Made by a program: the position numbers and the translations under genes. Of a DNA stretch of 47,407 nucleotides, positions 27,130 through 36,215 are shown piece after piece. Under the pieces are notes generated by a model. It did not search any database and had not been told where the DNA came from. It saw nothing but the letters and a program-made list of their open reading frames with translations. The stretch lies in contig JBMYOQ010000027.1 of the NCBI GenBank assembly GCA_049599475.1, positions 1-47,407 of the forward strand, read 5' to 3'. Numbering within the stretch: position 1 is the stretch's first letter; every line of letters begins with the position of its first letter. This DNA comes from Opitutales bacterium (lineage in GTDB: Bacteria > Verrucomicrobiota > Verrucomicrobiia > Opitutales > JABSRG01).

Positions 27130-28446
27130 ATGAGAAAGACCCCGAAAAAGAAAGACCCCCGCATGCTCGCAGCGATTGCTATCGGTGCAGTGATAAATGT
27201 CATCGTTTTACTCATACTTGGCGGCGTGACCGTCTATAAATTTGTCACACCTGAGGAGGTCGCCCTGCAGGCGCCGCCGCCTTTGAAAGCAATCGAGCCT
27301 ACGGTGGTCGAATATCGAAAAAACCAGGTCGAAGAACGGCAGAAAAAAGCAGCGCGTCCGCGGCAGAAACGCATCGAGACACGATCCGTAAATTCCATCG
27401 CAGCGCCTGAAATTCAGGTAGATATGGCGGGGTTTGCCCCTGGAGTCAGTGTTGGAGATGGGAATGGTGATTCAATGAGTAACGTAGGTGGACTCAGTAC
27501 GGGCGGATTGCGCATGGGGGCGAGTGCCGTGGATTTCTTTGGGATCAAGTCTAACGGTGAGCGAGTGGTAATTATATTGGATATTGCAGGCAGTATGCTC
27601 GAACAGGAACGGGGTGATATCGATGGTTATCATCGTGTGAAGGAACGCCTTAAGGAAATTGTCGAGAGTATGAATTCGGGAACTCTTTTCAACGTCATGG
27701 CATACAGCCGTGGCTTGGATGTGATGAGTCCGAATCTGGTGCTCGCGAATGCAGAGAATCGAGAGCGAGCTCTGCGATTTATCGATCCCTATTGGAAAGC
27801 GAATAATGGCCGTCTGGTGCCTTCCGCAAAACGCTCTGTATATCTGAAGAACTACAAGCCGAATTTTGTCGAAATTGAGCCGGAGGTAGGTTCGTCGCGT
27901 ATGGACATGGCATTGCTTGCTTCTTTTGAGCAAAAGGCGGATGCAATTTTTCTCATCACCGATGGCACTCCCTATATCTGGAGGAAATTCACGGATGACG
28001 AACGAAAGGATTATGAAAAGAGGCTTGCCGATTGGGAGAAAAGAAAAAAAAGAGCAGGTAAAAGCGCCCTTGAAAAATTTGAGATACACAAAGCAAAGGA
28101 AATTGCCGCAGAGCAAAAAAGGCGCGATAAAGAAAATGCTGAGCGCGCGAAGCGTGGATTGGATAAGCGAATCTGGGAGGATATGGTCATCCGCATTCGT
28201 CCTCCTTGGGGCTTTGCGCCCGCATCACGTCATTTTGTGAAGGGCGATGAATTCGTCGATTGGGCGGCATCTGCCGCGGAACGTGTATATGGTAAGGGCA
28301 GGAACGCGCTTCCAGAGCTGAATATAGTGGGCTACTCAATCCCCAAACGAGGGAAGACTGCGGACTTTTTAAACTCCCTGAGACGACAATTCCCACAAAG
28401 CGAATTTAAGGTGTTCGGAGAATATCAAGGCGGAAAGGGCGCCTAA
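27130..28446 (+). CDS. Membrane-anchored VWA-like domain protein
   Basis: N-terminal TM helix, Pro/charged linker, VDFFGI..GERVVIILDIAGSM, FNVMAYS, DAIFLITDG, LNIVGY. Confidence 0.75.
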   Translation: MRKTPKKKDPRMLAAIAIGAVINVIVLLILGGVTVYKFVTPEEVALQAPPPLKAIEPTVVEYRKNQVEERQKKAARPRQKRIETRSVNSIAAPEIQVDMAGFAPGVSVGDGNGDSMSNVGGLSTGGLRMGASAVDFFGIKSNGERVVIILDIAGSMLEQERGDIDGYHRVKERLKEIVESMNSGTLFNVMAYSRGLDVMSPNLVLANAENRERALRFIDPYWKANNGRLVPSAKRSVYLKNYKPNFVEIEPEVGSSRMDMALLASFEQKADAIFLITDGTPYIWRKFTDDERKDYEKRLADWEKRKKRAGKSALEKFEIHKAKEIAAEQKRRDKENAERAKRGLDKRIWEDMVIRIRPPWGFAPASRHFVKGDEFVDWAASAAERVYGKGRNALPELNIVGYSIPKRGKTADFLNSLRRQFPQSEFKVFGEYQGGKGA

Positions 28447-28723
28447 CGATCAGTCTTGATACCTTTACCGAGGCATTCCGGTACTTCGATCTCATCCCCC
28501 TCCATAGAACAGTCCCCCCTCCATGAAACGGTTATCCGTGCTCTCATCAATCGAGCTTCTAGGCAATCTAGTGGCTTTTAGTCAGGCTTACGCTCAGGAA
28601 CTTCCGCGTTAATGATGTTTCCTGAATTGAATAGCTGTTCTTAAAGACAAAAAAGTATTCAAGGAAAAAATACAAAATATGTAAATTTACTCTCAATCAA
28701 CCCTCCGCAGAAAATTACACCCC

Positions 28724-31582
28724 ATGAAAACCCCGATAGTTAGTCTTCTAACATTATTACTGTCTTCGGTCCTGAAGGCCTCCGAAGTAGATTTCTCGCA
28801 ATTTGTAGGATTTCAAGATGATCAATTCGATACCGATGGCGATTCGATCTACGACGACGAGGAAGTGCGTCTGGGATCCGACCCAGCAGACCCCTTGTCA
28901 TTTCCGAATTCCGCTATTTATACGTACACAGCTTTGGAGTTTTCTACGGCCGTCTCAGATGCCAGCCCTGGGGATATCATTGTCTTGGCGAACGGTACTT
29001 ATGTCGACTTGGATGTTTCACTCACTGAAGATGGACGGCCCGATGCCCCGATTATTCTCCGAGCAGCAACTGCAGGGAGAGTTTCGATACAGGGAAATTC
29101 TAAAATTTGGCTTCTCGGAAAACATGGAATCGCGGATGGTTTTCGGTTCGAAAACGGTAGGCCAGAGGATGGACTCGGAGCCCTGCGCATAAATGCTGAC
29201 TACTGCCGGATTACGAATTGTACGGTCTTTGAATATAATGGTTCAAATGGAGTCTATGCTACCGACTGGATCGGTGTCCAGGGTGTTGGAAGTCGTATCG
29301 ACCACAATCGCTTCGAAGGCAAAAATGGTCAGGGGCCGCTGTTAACCGTTTGGATGGGGCGCGGGGGTGAACATAAAATAGATAATAATGTATTCAAAAA
29401 TTACGTAGAGCCTCCATTGGATTCCGAGGGGAAAAAACCAAATGGCTACGAAACGATTCGTATCGGAACAGGTGCAAATTCAAGCAAGAACGCTCGAATC
29501 TTGGTGGAGAACAACCTCTTTGATACGTGTGATGGAGAGACGGAAATCATTTCGATCAAAGCGAACGAGAATATTATCCGTGGAAATACCTTTTTTGAAT
29601 CCGAGGGCGAAGTATCGATCCGGCAAGGCCACCGGAACACGCTCGAAGATAATGTATTTATTGCCAACCGAAAAACAGACGCGCGTGGCATCCGTATCAA
29701 TGGGAGTGATAACAAAGTAAGGAATAATTATTTTAAGGACGTTGCCGGGACGAGTCGTGGAGCAATTACAGTCCATGGGCATAGCGATGACACTACGCCT
29801 ACCGATAGCTATAAGCCCGTCATCAACGCTGAGATCCATAACAACACTATCGTCGGCTCGGATAGCGCATTTGTCATTGGGAGCGGTGCGAATAGACGGG
29901 AGAACAATCCTGTCTCGGCAGACTTTACAGATAATCTAGTGCTCACCACGAGCAATGTATTTTATCGCCGATTTAATATCTATCAGCCGGGTACAATGAA
30001 GATCGAATCGCCGACATATAGCGGCAATATCTTTTATGGAGGCAATCTGGGAATACCCCTTCCGCCGTCTGGGATCGATCGTAGTGAGCCAACGACTACA
30101 ACGGATAGTGAGGGTCTCGTCTTTGAAGTAAACGGAATCGGTGCTCAGGGCGTAGCTGAGATCAAGGCTGAGGATGTTGGGCCTCGGCAGATGCAGGCCC
30201 TCCCCCCTATATTGGGCGAAGGTGCTTATATGCTCAACCCGAATGATTTTGTCGCTTGGGGAACGATCGCCAGTGTCGACGGAGCGTTTACCTTCAACAC
30301 CGATTCGGGGCTTGCCACGGGAGACCGGATCATCCGCGGAACCTATGCGAAAAACCCCGATGGTTCTGAAGTTGTGGTGTTTGTTTTTGATGAAATCGAC
30401 CTCACAACTGCTCCGGTTTTCGTAGGTTCGCGTCCGCTCGTGCTCGCTTCACGAGGGAACATTCGAATCGATACCGATTTGGATGTGTCGGGCGGTGACG
30501 GTACTCATGGAACGAGTAGTAATGGCGGCGGGCGCGGTATTGGAATCCTGGGCGGAGGCACTGGTGGTGTGGCTGGTTACTTAAATGACTCCTTGGGTCC
30601 CAATGACGGTGAGGGCCCCGGCTACAGCGCGGGGAACAATAGTGGCGGAGATGACTACGCCACAGGCGGAGCTGGTTTTGGCGGCGCTGGGGGAGACTCT
30701 AGCTTGCCAGGTGGATCGACTTACGGGGACCTCCCGCTGAGTTCTCTCCTTGGCGGCAGCAGCGCCGGTGCGTCTACCAATAAGGGCGGTGGTGCCGGGG
30801 GCGGTGGCTTAGGTCTCGTCGCCAATGGGTCCCTCGAAGTGTTTGGAGATATCGATGCGAGTGGCGGCGATGGCGGCGCTACGGGTGGCTCTCAGCTCAC
30901 TTCCGGAGGTGGCAGTGGGGGTGCTGTATTGCTTGTTGGCGATTCGGTTATTCTGGATGGCTCAATCAACCTTTCGGGGGGTAAGGGCGGAGACGGTCGC
31001 GGCGGGCACGCCAATGGGGGCGGTGGCGGTGGTGGCCGACTGGCTATTCATTATAAATCGCTTTTGGACACCCAGAACGCGCAAATTCAGTTGGAAGGGG
31101 GCGACAAGCAAGGCGCCAATGAAACCGGCCAGAAGGGAGCTTTGGGTACACAATACATCAACTGGTTGGAGTCTGAAATGGCGGATGCTTGGCTGGCCGA
31201 GCAATTGTCCAAGGAAACCCCCACCGCAGCGGATTGGAATACGGATTTTGACGGAGATGGATATACAGCCCGCTTGGAGTATGCCTTGGGCGATTCCGTT
31301 ATGGGCGGGCTAATGGCAGATTTTCCCTATATGGATGTCGATCAGAGTGAGCAGTCTCACTTCGTCTTCAATCGCAGAAAAGAAGGCGTTCGGGAGACAG
31401 ACTACTCCGTAGAATACTCTGAAAGCCTATCTCCAGGCAGCTGGCAGAAGCTGCAGTATACCGGGGCAACCGTCGTTGATCATGATTCTCTCGCCGGCTT
31501 TGAGCGCGTATCCATACCATTGACTTCAAGCGACCGAATGTTTGTCCGAATTTCATTAGGAGATTTTACCGGCGGCGAATAG
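28724..31582 (+). CDS. PL6 polysaccharide lyase (chondroitinase B/alginate lyase domain) fused to a glycine-rich domain and a C-terminal PVC acidic module
   Basis: PGDIIVLANGTY, RIDHNRFEGK, NGYETIRIG, CDGETEIISIK (catalytic Lys), SIRQG (catalytic Arg); N-terminal DTDGD..E...GSDP repeat; C-terminal DFDGDG...LEYALG. Confidence 0.87.
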   Translation: MKTPIVSLLTLLLSSVLKASEVDFSQFVGFQDDQFDTDGDSIYDDEEVRLGSDPADPLSFPNSAIYTYTALEFSTAVSDASPGDIIVLANGTYVDLDVSLTEDGRPDAPIILRAATAGRVSIQGNSKIWLLGKHGIADGFRFENGRPEDGLGALRINADYCRITNCTVFEYNGSNGVYATDWIGVQGVGSRIDHNRFEGKNGQGPLLTVWMGRGGEHKIDNNVFKNYVEPPLDSEGKKPNGYETIRIGTGANSSKNARILVENNLFDTCDGETEIISIKANENIIRGNTFFESEGEVSIRQGHRNTLEDNVFIANRKTDARGIRINGSDNKVRNNYFKDVAGTSRGAITVHGHSDDTTPTDSYKPVINAEIHNNTIVGSDSAFVIGSGANRRENNPVSADFTDNLVLTTSNVFYRRFNIYQPGTMKIESPTYSGNIFYGGNLGIPLPPSGIDRSEPTTTTDSEGLVFEVNGIGAQGVAEIKAEDVGPRQMQALPPILGEGAYMLNPNDFVAWGTIASVDGAFTFNTDSGLATGDRIIRGTYAKNPDGSEVVVFVFDEIDLTTAPVFVGSRPLVLASRGNIRIDTDLDVSGGDGTHGTSSNGGGRGIGILGGGTGGVAGYLNDSLGPNDGEGPGYSAGNNSGGDDYATGGAGFGGAGGDSSLPGGSTYGDLPLSSLLGGSSAGASTNKGGGAGGGGLGLVANGSLEVFGDIDASGGDGGATGGSQLTSGGGSGGAVLLVGDSVILDGSINLSGGKGGDGRGGHANGGGGGGGRLAIHYKSLLDTQNAQIQLEGGDKQGANETGQKGALGTQYINWLESEMADAWLAEQLSKETPTAADWNTDFDGDGYTARLEYALGDSVMGGLMADFPYMDVDQSEQSHFVFNRRKEGVRETDYSVEYSESLSPGSWQKLQYTGATVVDHDSLAGFERVSIPLTSSDRMFVRISLGDFTGGE

Positions 31583-31622
31583 ATCCTTTTTCCAAGCCAA
31601 ATCTCACAGTTTACCAAGATTA

Positions 31623-34127
31623 ATGAGTCTTCATCTTCTAGCACAGACACCGCGTATTGCGATCACTGCAGGCATACTCTTCTTGCTCCTCAAGGGAGCA
31701 AATCAAGCGGATGGTGCGCAGCAGGTGGGGGCTCATACCGCATTTATCACCGTCGAGGCGGAAACAGGGTTGCTCGGCGGAAATGCACAGGTGCACAGCT
31801 ACACCGTTTTTGAAAATGAGCCTAAATGGCCGACCTTGGTCAATGAGGCCTCGCGCGGCGCGTATGTTGAATTATCCGCTGTAGGGTCTGCTGTAGGGCT
31901 TAAAAACCCCGTTGCGGGTGCAGACGCGATCGTCGTGCGCTTTTCGGTGCCGCCGTCGGATGTATCGCCGCACTATGGGACAGAAGGCACGCTCGACCTA
32001 CATGTCGATGGTCAGTTTCGCCAAGCGATCACCTTGCATTCGAAAAATGCTTACGTTTACCGCACGCCTGGCAAGAGCAACAAGCCCTTTGATAGCGAAC
32101 AGCTTTTGCGCCGTTACAACGAGTTTCGGTTTAAGCTCGAAGGCGCTCCGCTGGAGCAGGGGAGTGTGCTCACTCTGCGTAAGGGCCCGAAAAATCTACT
32201 AGACGTCTACAACATTGATCTCGTGGACTTTGAGAAAATGGATCCACCGCGCGTGCGTCCTGAGGGCTCGCTGTCGGTGATGGACTTCGGGGCGATCGGT
32301 GATGGGATGGCCGATGATACGCAAGCTTTTCAAACTGCAGCGGATGCAGCATCTGAGGCGGGCAAGGTCCTATGGATCCCCGAGGGCGTGTTTCTGACCA
32401 GTTATGAAAAGTCGGGCCAGCTAAGGTTTACCGATGTCGAGGTCCGCGGCGCGGGCATCTGGTATACGACGCTGCTGCGCAAGCCGCCCGTGGGAATGAA
32501 GCGCAAGCACCGAACGTCCATCGTGGTGCGCGGGAAATCCGTTTTGAGCGATGTCTACATCCGCAATGAAGCATATTACGAGGGCGATTACGCAGTGCTT
32601 TCGCGCGGAACTGGCTGGCTCGTCGAGCGTGTGTGGTCACACAATACAGGTCCATTTTGGATGAGCGGGACAGACGGCTTGATCCGCGATTGCCGGGCAT
32701 CCGATCACTGGGGCGATGGCATCAACATCAATAACTCCAATCGCAATTCGCCCGAGACGCTGGGATATCGCTTAACCGTGCGTAATAATTTCATACGCAA
32801 TCCTGGAGATGACGGCCTCGCCCACTTTTCCGATGCAGATTCCGGCGATGGCGGGCGTGAAAACTCCATGATGCAGGATTGTATCATCGAAAATAATACG
32901 GTCATTGCTCCTTGGTGGGCCAATTGTCTGCGCGTCGCTGGAGGGAAAAATTTGACCGTTCGTAATAACTATCTCCGTGACTCCGCCCCGAGCCATACCA
33001 TGCATGTAGGCACCTTTGGAGGCAACGGGCAGCCCCTAGAATCTGCGATTATCGAGGGCAATGTCCTTGGCAGTAGTAGGGCCTGGGAAAAGCACAAAGC
33101 CCCAGCGGACGCCATGAACATCAGCTATCGGGGGTATAACGAGGGGCAAGTGATCGTGCGTAACAACATTATCGAGCACTCACACGGTTCGGGTATTCGC
33201 GTGTCGGCAAGCAATGCGAATCTGAAGATTTATGATAATGTGATCTCAAATGTGGCCGAATATGGGATTGTCCAACGATCCAATGCGTATGGGAATATTC
33301 AATACGAGAATAATCAAGTAAACGGTTTGCGCGAGGGGCAGGCTGCGTTTCATGCGATGGAGCCGTATACGACCTTTAGTCAGTTCAATGCCAACGATGC
33401 GTTGCTGGATTCATGGAAGCCGTTTTTCCCGGGAATGCCCTGGGTTGTGCACCAATCCCCCTACAGCCGCTGGATGTTTGATATTGATAAAATTGAGGCC
33501 ATTGATCTTCAGAAATCGACCTGGCGCAATATCATCGAGTCGGATGCACCGGCTCCGCTCATTGTCATGGGGCAGCGCGGTGATGAAATCAACTACGAGG
33601 GGTCTTGGAGCATTGATTATGTTGAGCGAGTGATTGAGTGGACTAAAAAGCAGCTCGCGGGAGGAGCGACTATGCTCGTAATTACGGATCATGGTGATCC
33701 CCTTACGCGACCTAAGGGGTATACACGTAGCATCGGTCTACGTCTTTCCGGAAATAGCGTTGGCGAGCGTGCTACAGTCGAGTTTATTGATAGCCCACAT
33801 ATTCATTTGTCAACTTGGGAGGCCGAGAGTCGGTCGCGCTTTTGGAGCAAATTAATGCGCGCGGAAGACTACGCGGATAGCGAGCAATACCTCTCCATTG
33901 CCCGGGTGAAAGATGACACCGGTGAATACCTTGGAGACGCGATCGCAGTCGTAGAGCTGGGAGGCGAGCTCAGGGGCGGGACCCTGATCTACGTCGCAGA
34001 TTTTCTCTATTATTATCCCAACCGCGCGAATCTGCTAGATGCCGTTTTTAAATTGGTTCGGAGATCGGTATCTCAGGCGGTCCAGCCTTCCACCGAGTCG
34101 GCCGCTGTGCACGACCATGCGAATTAA
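31623..34127 (+). CDS. GH87/mycodextranase-like beta-helix glycanase with extra C-terminal domain
   Basis: FITVEAE, EASRGAYVEL, AIVVRFSVP, TLDLHVDG, SVMDFGA.GDG.ADDT, GAGIWYT, WGDGIN, RNPGDDGLA, PWWAN. Confidence 0.72.
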   Translation: MSLHLLAQTPRIAITAGILFLLLKGANQADGAQQVGAHTAFITVEAETGLLGGNAQVHSYTVFENEPKWPTLVNEASRGAYVELSAVGSAVGLKNPVAGADAIVVRFSVPPSDVSPHYGTEGTLDLHVDGQFRQAITLHSKNAYVYRTPGKSNKPFDSEQLLRRYNEFRFKLEGAPLEQGSVLTLRKGPKNLLDVYNIDLVDFEKMDPPRVRPEGSLSVMDFGAIGDGMADDTQAFQTAADAASEAGKVLWIPEGVFLTSYEKSGQLRFTDVEVRGAGIWYTTLLRKPPVGMKRKHRTSIVVRGKSVLSDVYIRNEAYYEGDYAVLSRGTGWLVERVWSHNTGPFWMSGTDGLIRDCRASDHWGDGININNSNRNSPETLGYRLTVRNNFIRNPGDDGLAHFSDADSGDGGRENSMMQDCIIENNTVIAPWWANCLRVAGGKNLTVRNNYLRDSAPSHTMHVGTFGGNGQPLESAIIEGNVLGSSRAWEKHKAPADAMNISYRGYNEGQVIVRNNIIEHSHGSGIRVSASNANLKIYDNVISNVAEYGIVQRSNAYGNIQYENNQVNGLREGQAAFHAMEPYTTFSQFNANDALLDSWKPFFPGMPWVVHQSPYSRWMFDIDKIEAIDLQKSTWRNIIESDAPAPLIVMGQRGDEINYEGSWSIDYVERVIEWTKKQLAGGATMLVITDHGDPLTRPKGYTRSIGLRLSGNSVGERATVEFIDSPHIHLSTWEAESRSRFWSKLMRAEDYADSEQYLSIARVKDDTGEYLGDAIAVVELGGELRGGTLIYVADFLYYYPNRANLLDAVFKLVRRSVSQAVQPSTESAAVHDHAN

Positions 34128-34200
34128 CGAGGTATTGATACGCCTTAGGGCAAATGGCAGGTGGTTAAGGAAAAAATGGGGAAAATGAGTAGCCTCAAAG

Positions 34201-34371
34201 GGTAGGGAGGGCATGCCCTGAGGCCTCCGCCCGAGCTGACTCGTAGAATAATAATTAAGTTGTGCCATAATAAGAAAAGGTAGCGTCGGCTCACCGAGCC
34301 GACATGATTCGGCGTAAGCCGCTTGAGCTAGGCTGACATCGGCTGACGCGCTTAGGGCGTCCGTCGCTACC
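34201..34371. repeat. REP singlet (34201) plus REP doublet (34279-34371)
   Basis: GGTAGGGAGGGCATGCCCTGAGGCCTCCG; GGTAGCGTCGGCTCACCGAGCCGAC...GTCGCTACC. Confidence 0.75.
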
Positions 34372-34755
34372 AATGTGAAAAAATTCTTGGGCGATCCACT
34401 AGAATCCCGCTTGAACGCTGCGTTTGTTTGGGGGCAAAAAAAACTGCCACGGTTGTCCTGTTCAATTTGACCTGATCTGAAAAATGGGCGTGCGCGTCTT
34501 ATCAAAGAGCCATTTCCCTTATTATTCGCGTTCAGTCGGAGAAAGGGGTGTCTTATCATGTATTTCATCGTGCGCTTTCTGGAAGGTTTTTGGAGCTCGG
34601 TTTTTGGTATAATAGCGGAGTCCCAGAGCATAGTTCTTATCGCCGAGTCCGGCTCCCTAATGAATTGCATGTCATGAATTTCAGATAGCCCCAGGGGTTG
34701 CCGACTTTTATGGGCGATCCCATAGCAATTTACCGGATTCGAATTTCCAATTATC

Positions 34756-35496
34756 ATGAACATCCAGTCCACACTGACCCTTATCGTAATTACCGCCGGT
34801 GCAGTATTGAATGCGCAGACGCTTACTTGGGAGTTTGGTCATGTCCCGTACCCGATGGAGCGTGCCGAGCAAGTCTGGGAAGTCCTCGCGAGTGGTTCTG
34901 CCATTGATTCGCGGAGTGGGGGATCGACCGTGTTTACCTCAGAGAATGGCCTCAGTGGTAGTCTTGAGGGGGCGTCGCGTTATTTCCTGCTCACCATGAC
35001 GGCAGCCCAGAATTTTGATCCGGATAAATTCACTTACGAGCTGGCTAAGAGCGCGAGTGGTTCTAATCCTTGGTTGTATAACAGTAGTGTGGATCGACTT
35101 GGGGTGAGCAGCGATATGGGTGAAAATATCGATCTCGATGGGGGTTTTCCCAATCCGAATAACAGCAAGAGCACACTTAGCGAAGCTATCGTATTCGAAT
35201 TTGATCTTTCTAAGCTGAAGATGCCTCTAGGGTATGCTCTCCAGATCGATGGACTTCAAGTTGCCAACTCACGCAGCCATCTGATCATTTCTCACTTCGA
35301 CAAACGGAGAAACCGAATCAAGCAACTTACCGGTGATAAAACAAAGCCCAATCGAATCGTCGAAGGGGAAAATGTGTTTCAACCCGCACCTCAGATTGTG
35401 AGAACGGGCGATAAAATTGCCCTATGGTCCAATGGTACATCGGGAAACCTAAGGCAATTACTCGGAATCCGTTTTAGCTTGGTGCGCGACCGCTGA
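34756..35496 (+). CDS. Secreted hypothetical protein; paralog of the downstream PEP-CTERM protein but without the anchor
   Basis: Signal peptide ending LNA-QTLT; colinear motif identity with 36216-37034. Confidence 0.8.
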   Translation: MNIQSTLTLIVITAGAVLNAQTLTWEFGHVPYPMERAEQVWEVLASGSAIDSRSGGSTVFTSENGLSGSLEGASRYFLLTMTAAQNFDPDKFTYELAKSASGSNPWLYNSSVDRLGVSSDMGENIDLDGGFPNPNNSKSTLSEAIVFEFDLSKLKMPLGYALQIDGLQVANSRSHLIISHFDKRRNRIKQLTGDKTKPNRIVEGENVFQPAPQIVRTGDKIALWSNGTSGNLRQLLGIRFSLVRDR

Positions 35497-35554
35497 GTGT
35501 ATCCGGCATTGCGTCGCTTTAAAGGCGAGTCTAGGAAAAAAGCAGTCTCAAGAA

Positions 35555-35677
35555 GGTAGGGCGGGCCGCTACCTTTAGGGTTATGTTGTCGGTAGCAGTC
35601 GATCTCCGAGCGGCTGAATGCTGTGTACCCGCTGGGCTGAATTGCTGCCTTCCACCGCTCGGAGATCGGTGGCTACC
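35555..35677. repeat. Collapsed REP (35555-35573) and REP doublet (35591-35677)
   Basis: GGTAGCAGTCGATCTCCGAGCGG versus the reverse-complemented arm GGTAGCCACCGATCTCCGAGCGG. Confidence 0.75.
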
Positions 35678-35833
35678 TCTATTTTACGCAAAAGGTATCG
35701 GTATTTCTACGCCATCTGCGGCAGGTTAACCTAGAGGGCACGCCTCCTACAGAAAACCAAAATTTCCCGACATTTACCTACCTTATTAATTGGTTTGGAA
35801 TGACAATCTGGAGTTTGCCAAGCCTATTAGGGG

Positions 35834-35903
35834 AACTACGAATGAACACGAATTCACCATACTACGGCGCCGCATTCGTGTTTATTTGTGCTCATTCGTG
35901 GTT
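35834..35903. repeat. Inverted repeat built from ~10-bp CACGAAT units
   Basis: AACTACGAATGAACACGAAT ... ATTCGTGTTTATTTGTGCTCATTCGTGGTT. Confidence 0.7.
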
Positions 35904-36215
35904 AAAAGAAAGCTGGTCATTGATTTAACTAAGTAGAAGTAGACGGTTCGCCCGTTTGTTTTCGATAATTATTTTCAGAAGGGCTCTATTTGAGAGATTC
36001 TCGATTATAATTAAGAGGCCTTCCACTGGGCTGGAGGCAGAGGTGCCAGCCGCGTTGACAAGATTCGTTACGTTCATTGGCGGAATGCGCGTTTTGTATA
36101 TCGATAGCCGCAAGATGGAATGAGAAACATCCCGTATGTGGGGTATGATGATAGTAAGTAGTTTTTTGGGAAGAAGGCTGCTTGGATTTAAACTCTAACC
36201 CCTCGAACTCTCGAT

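Noticed and set aside
34434..34449. Sigma-54-like TGGCAG-T8-GC on the minus strand, with a homopolymer that could phase-vary
   Set aside because: GG-to-GC spacing is 11 rather than 10, and it points antisense into the end of a gene.
34035..34772. 245-aa minus-strand ORF
   Set aside because: Runs through REP elements, overlaps both flanking genes and has no recognisable motif; probably a chance open frame.
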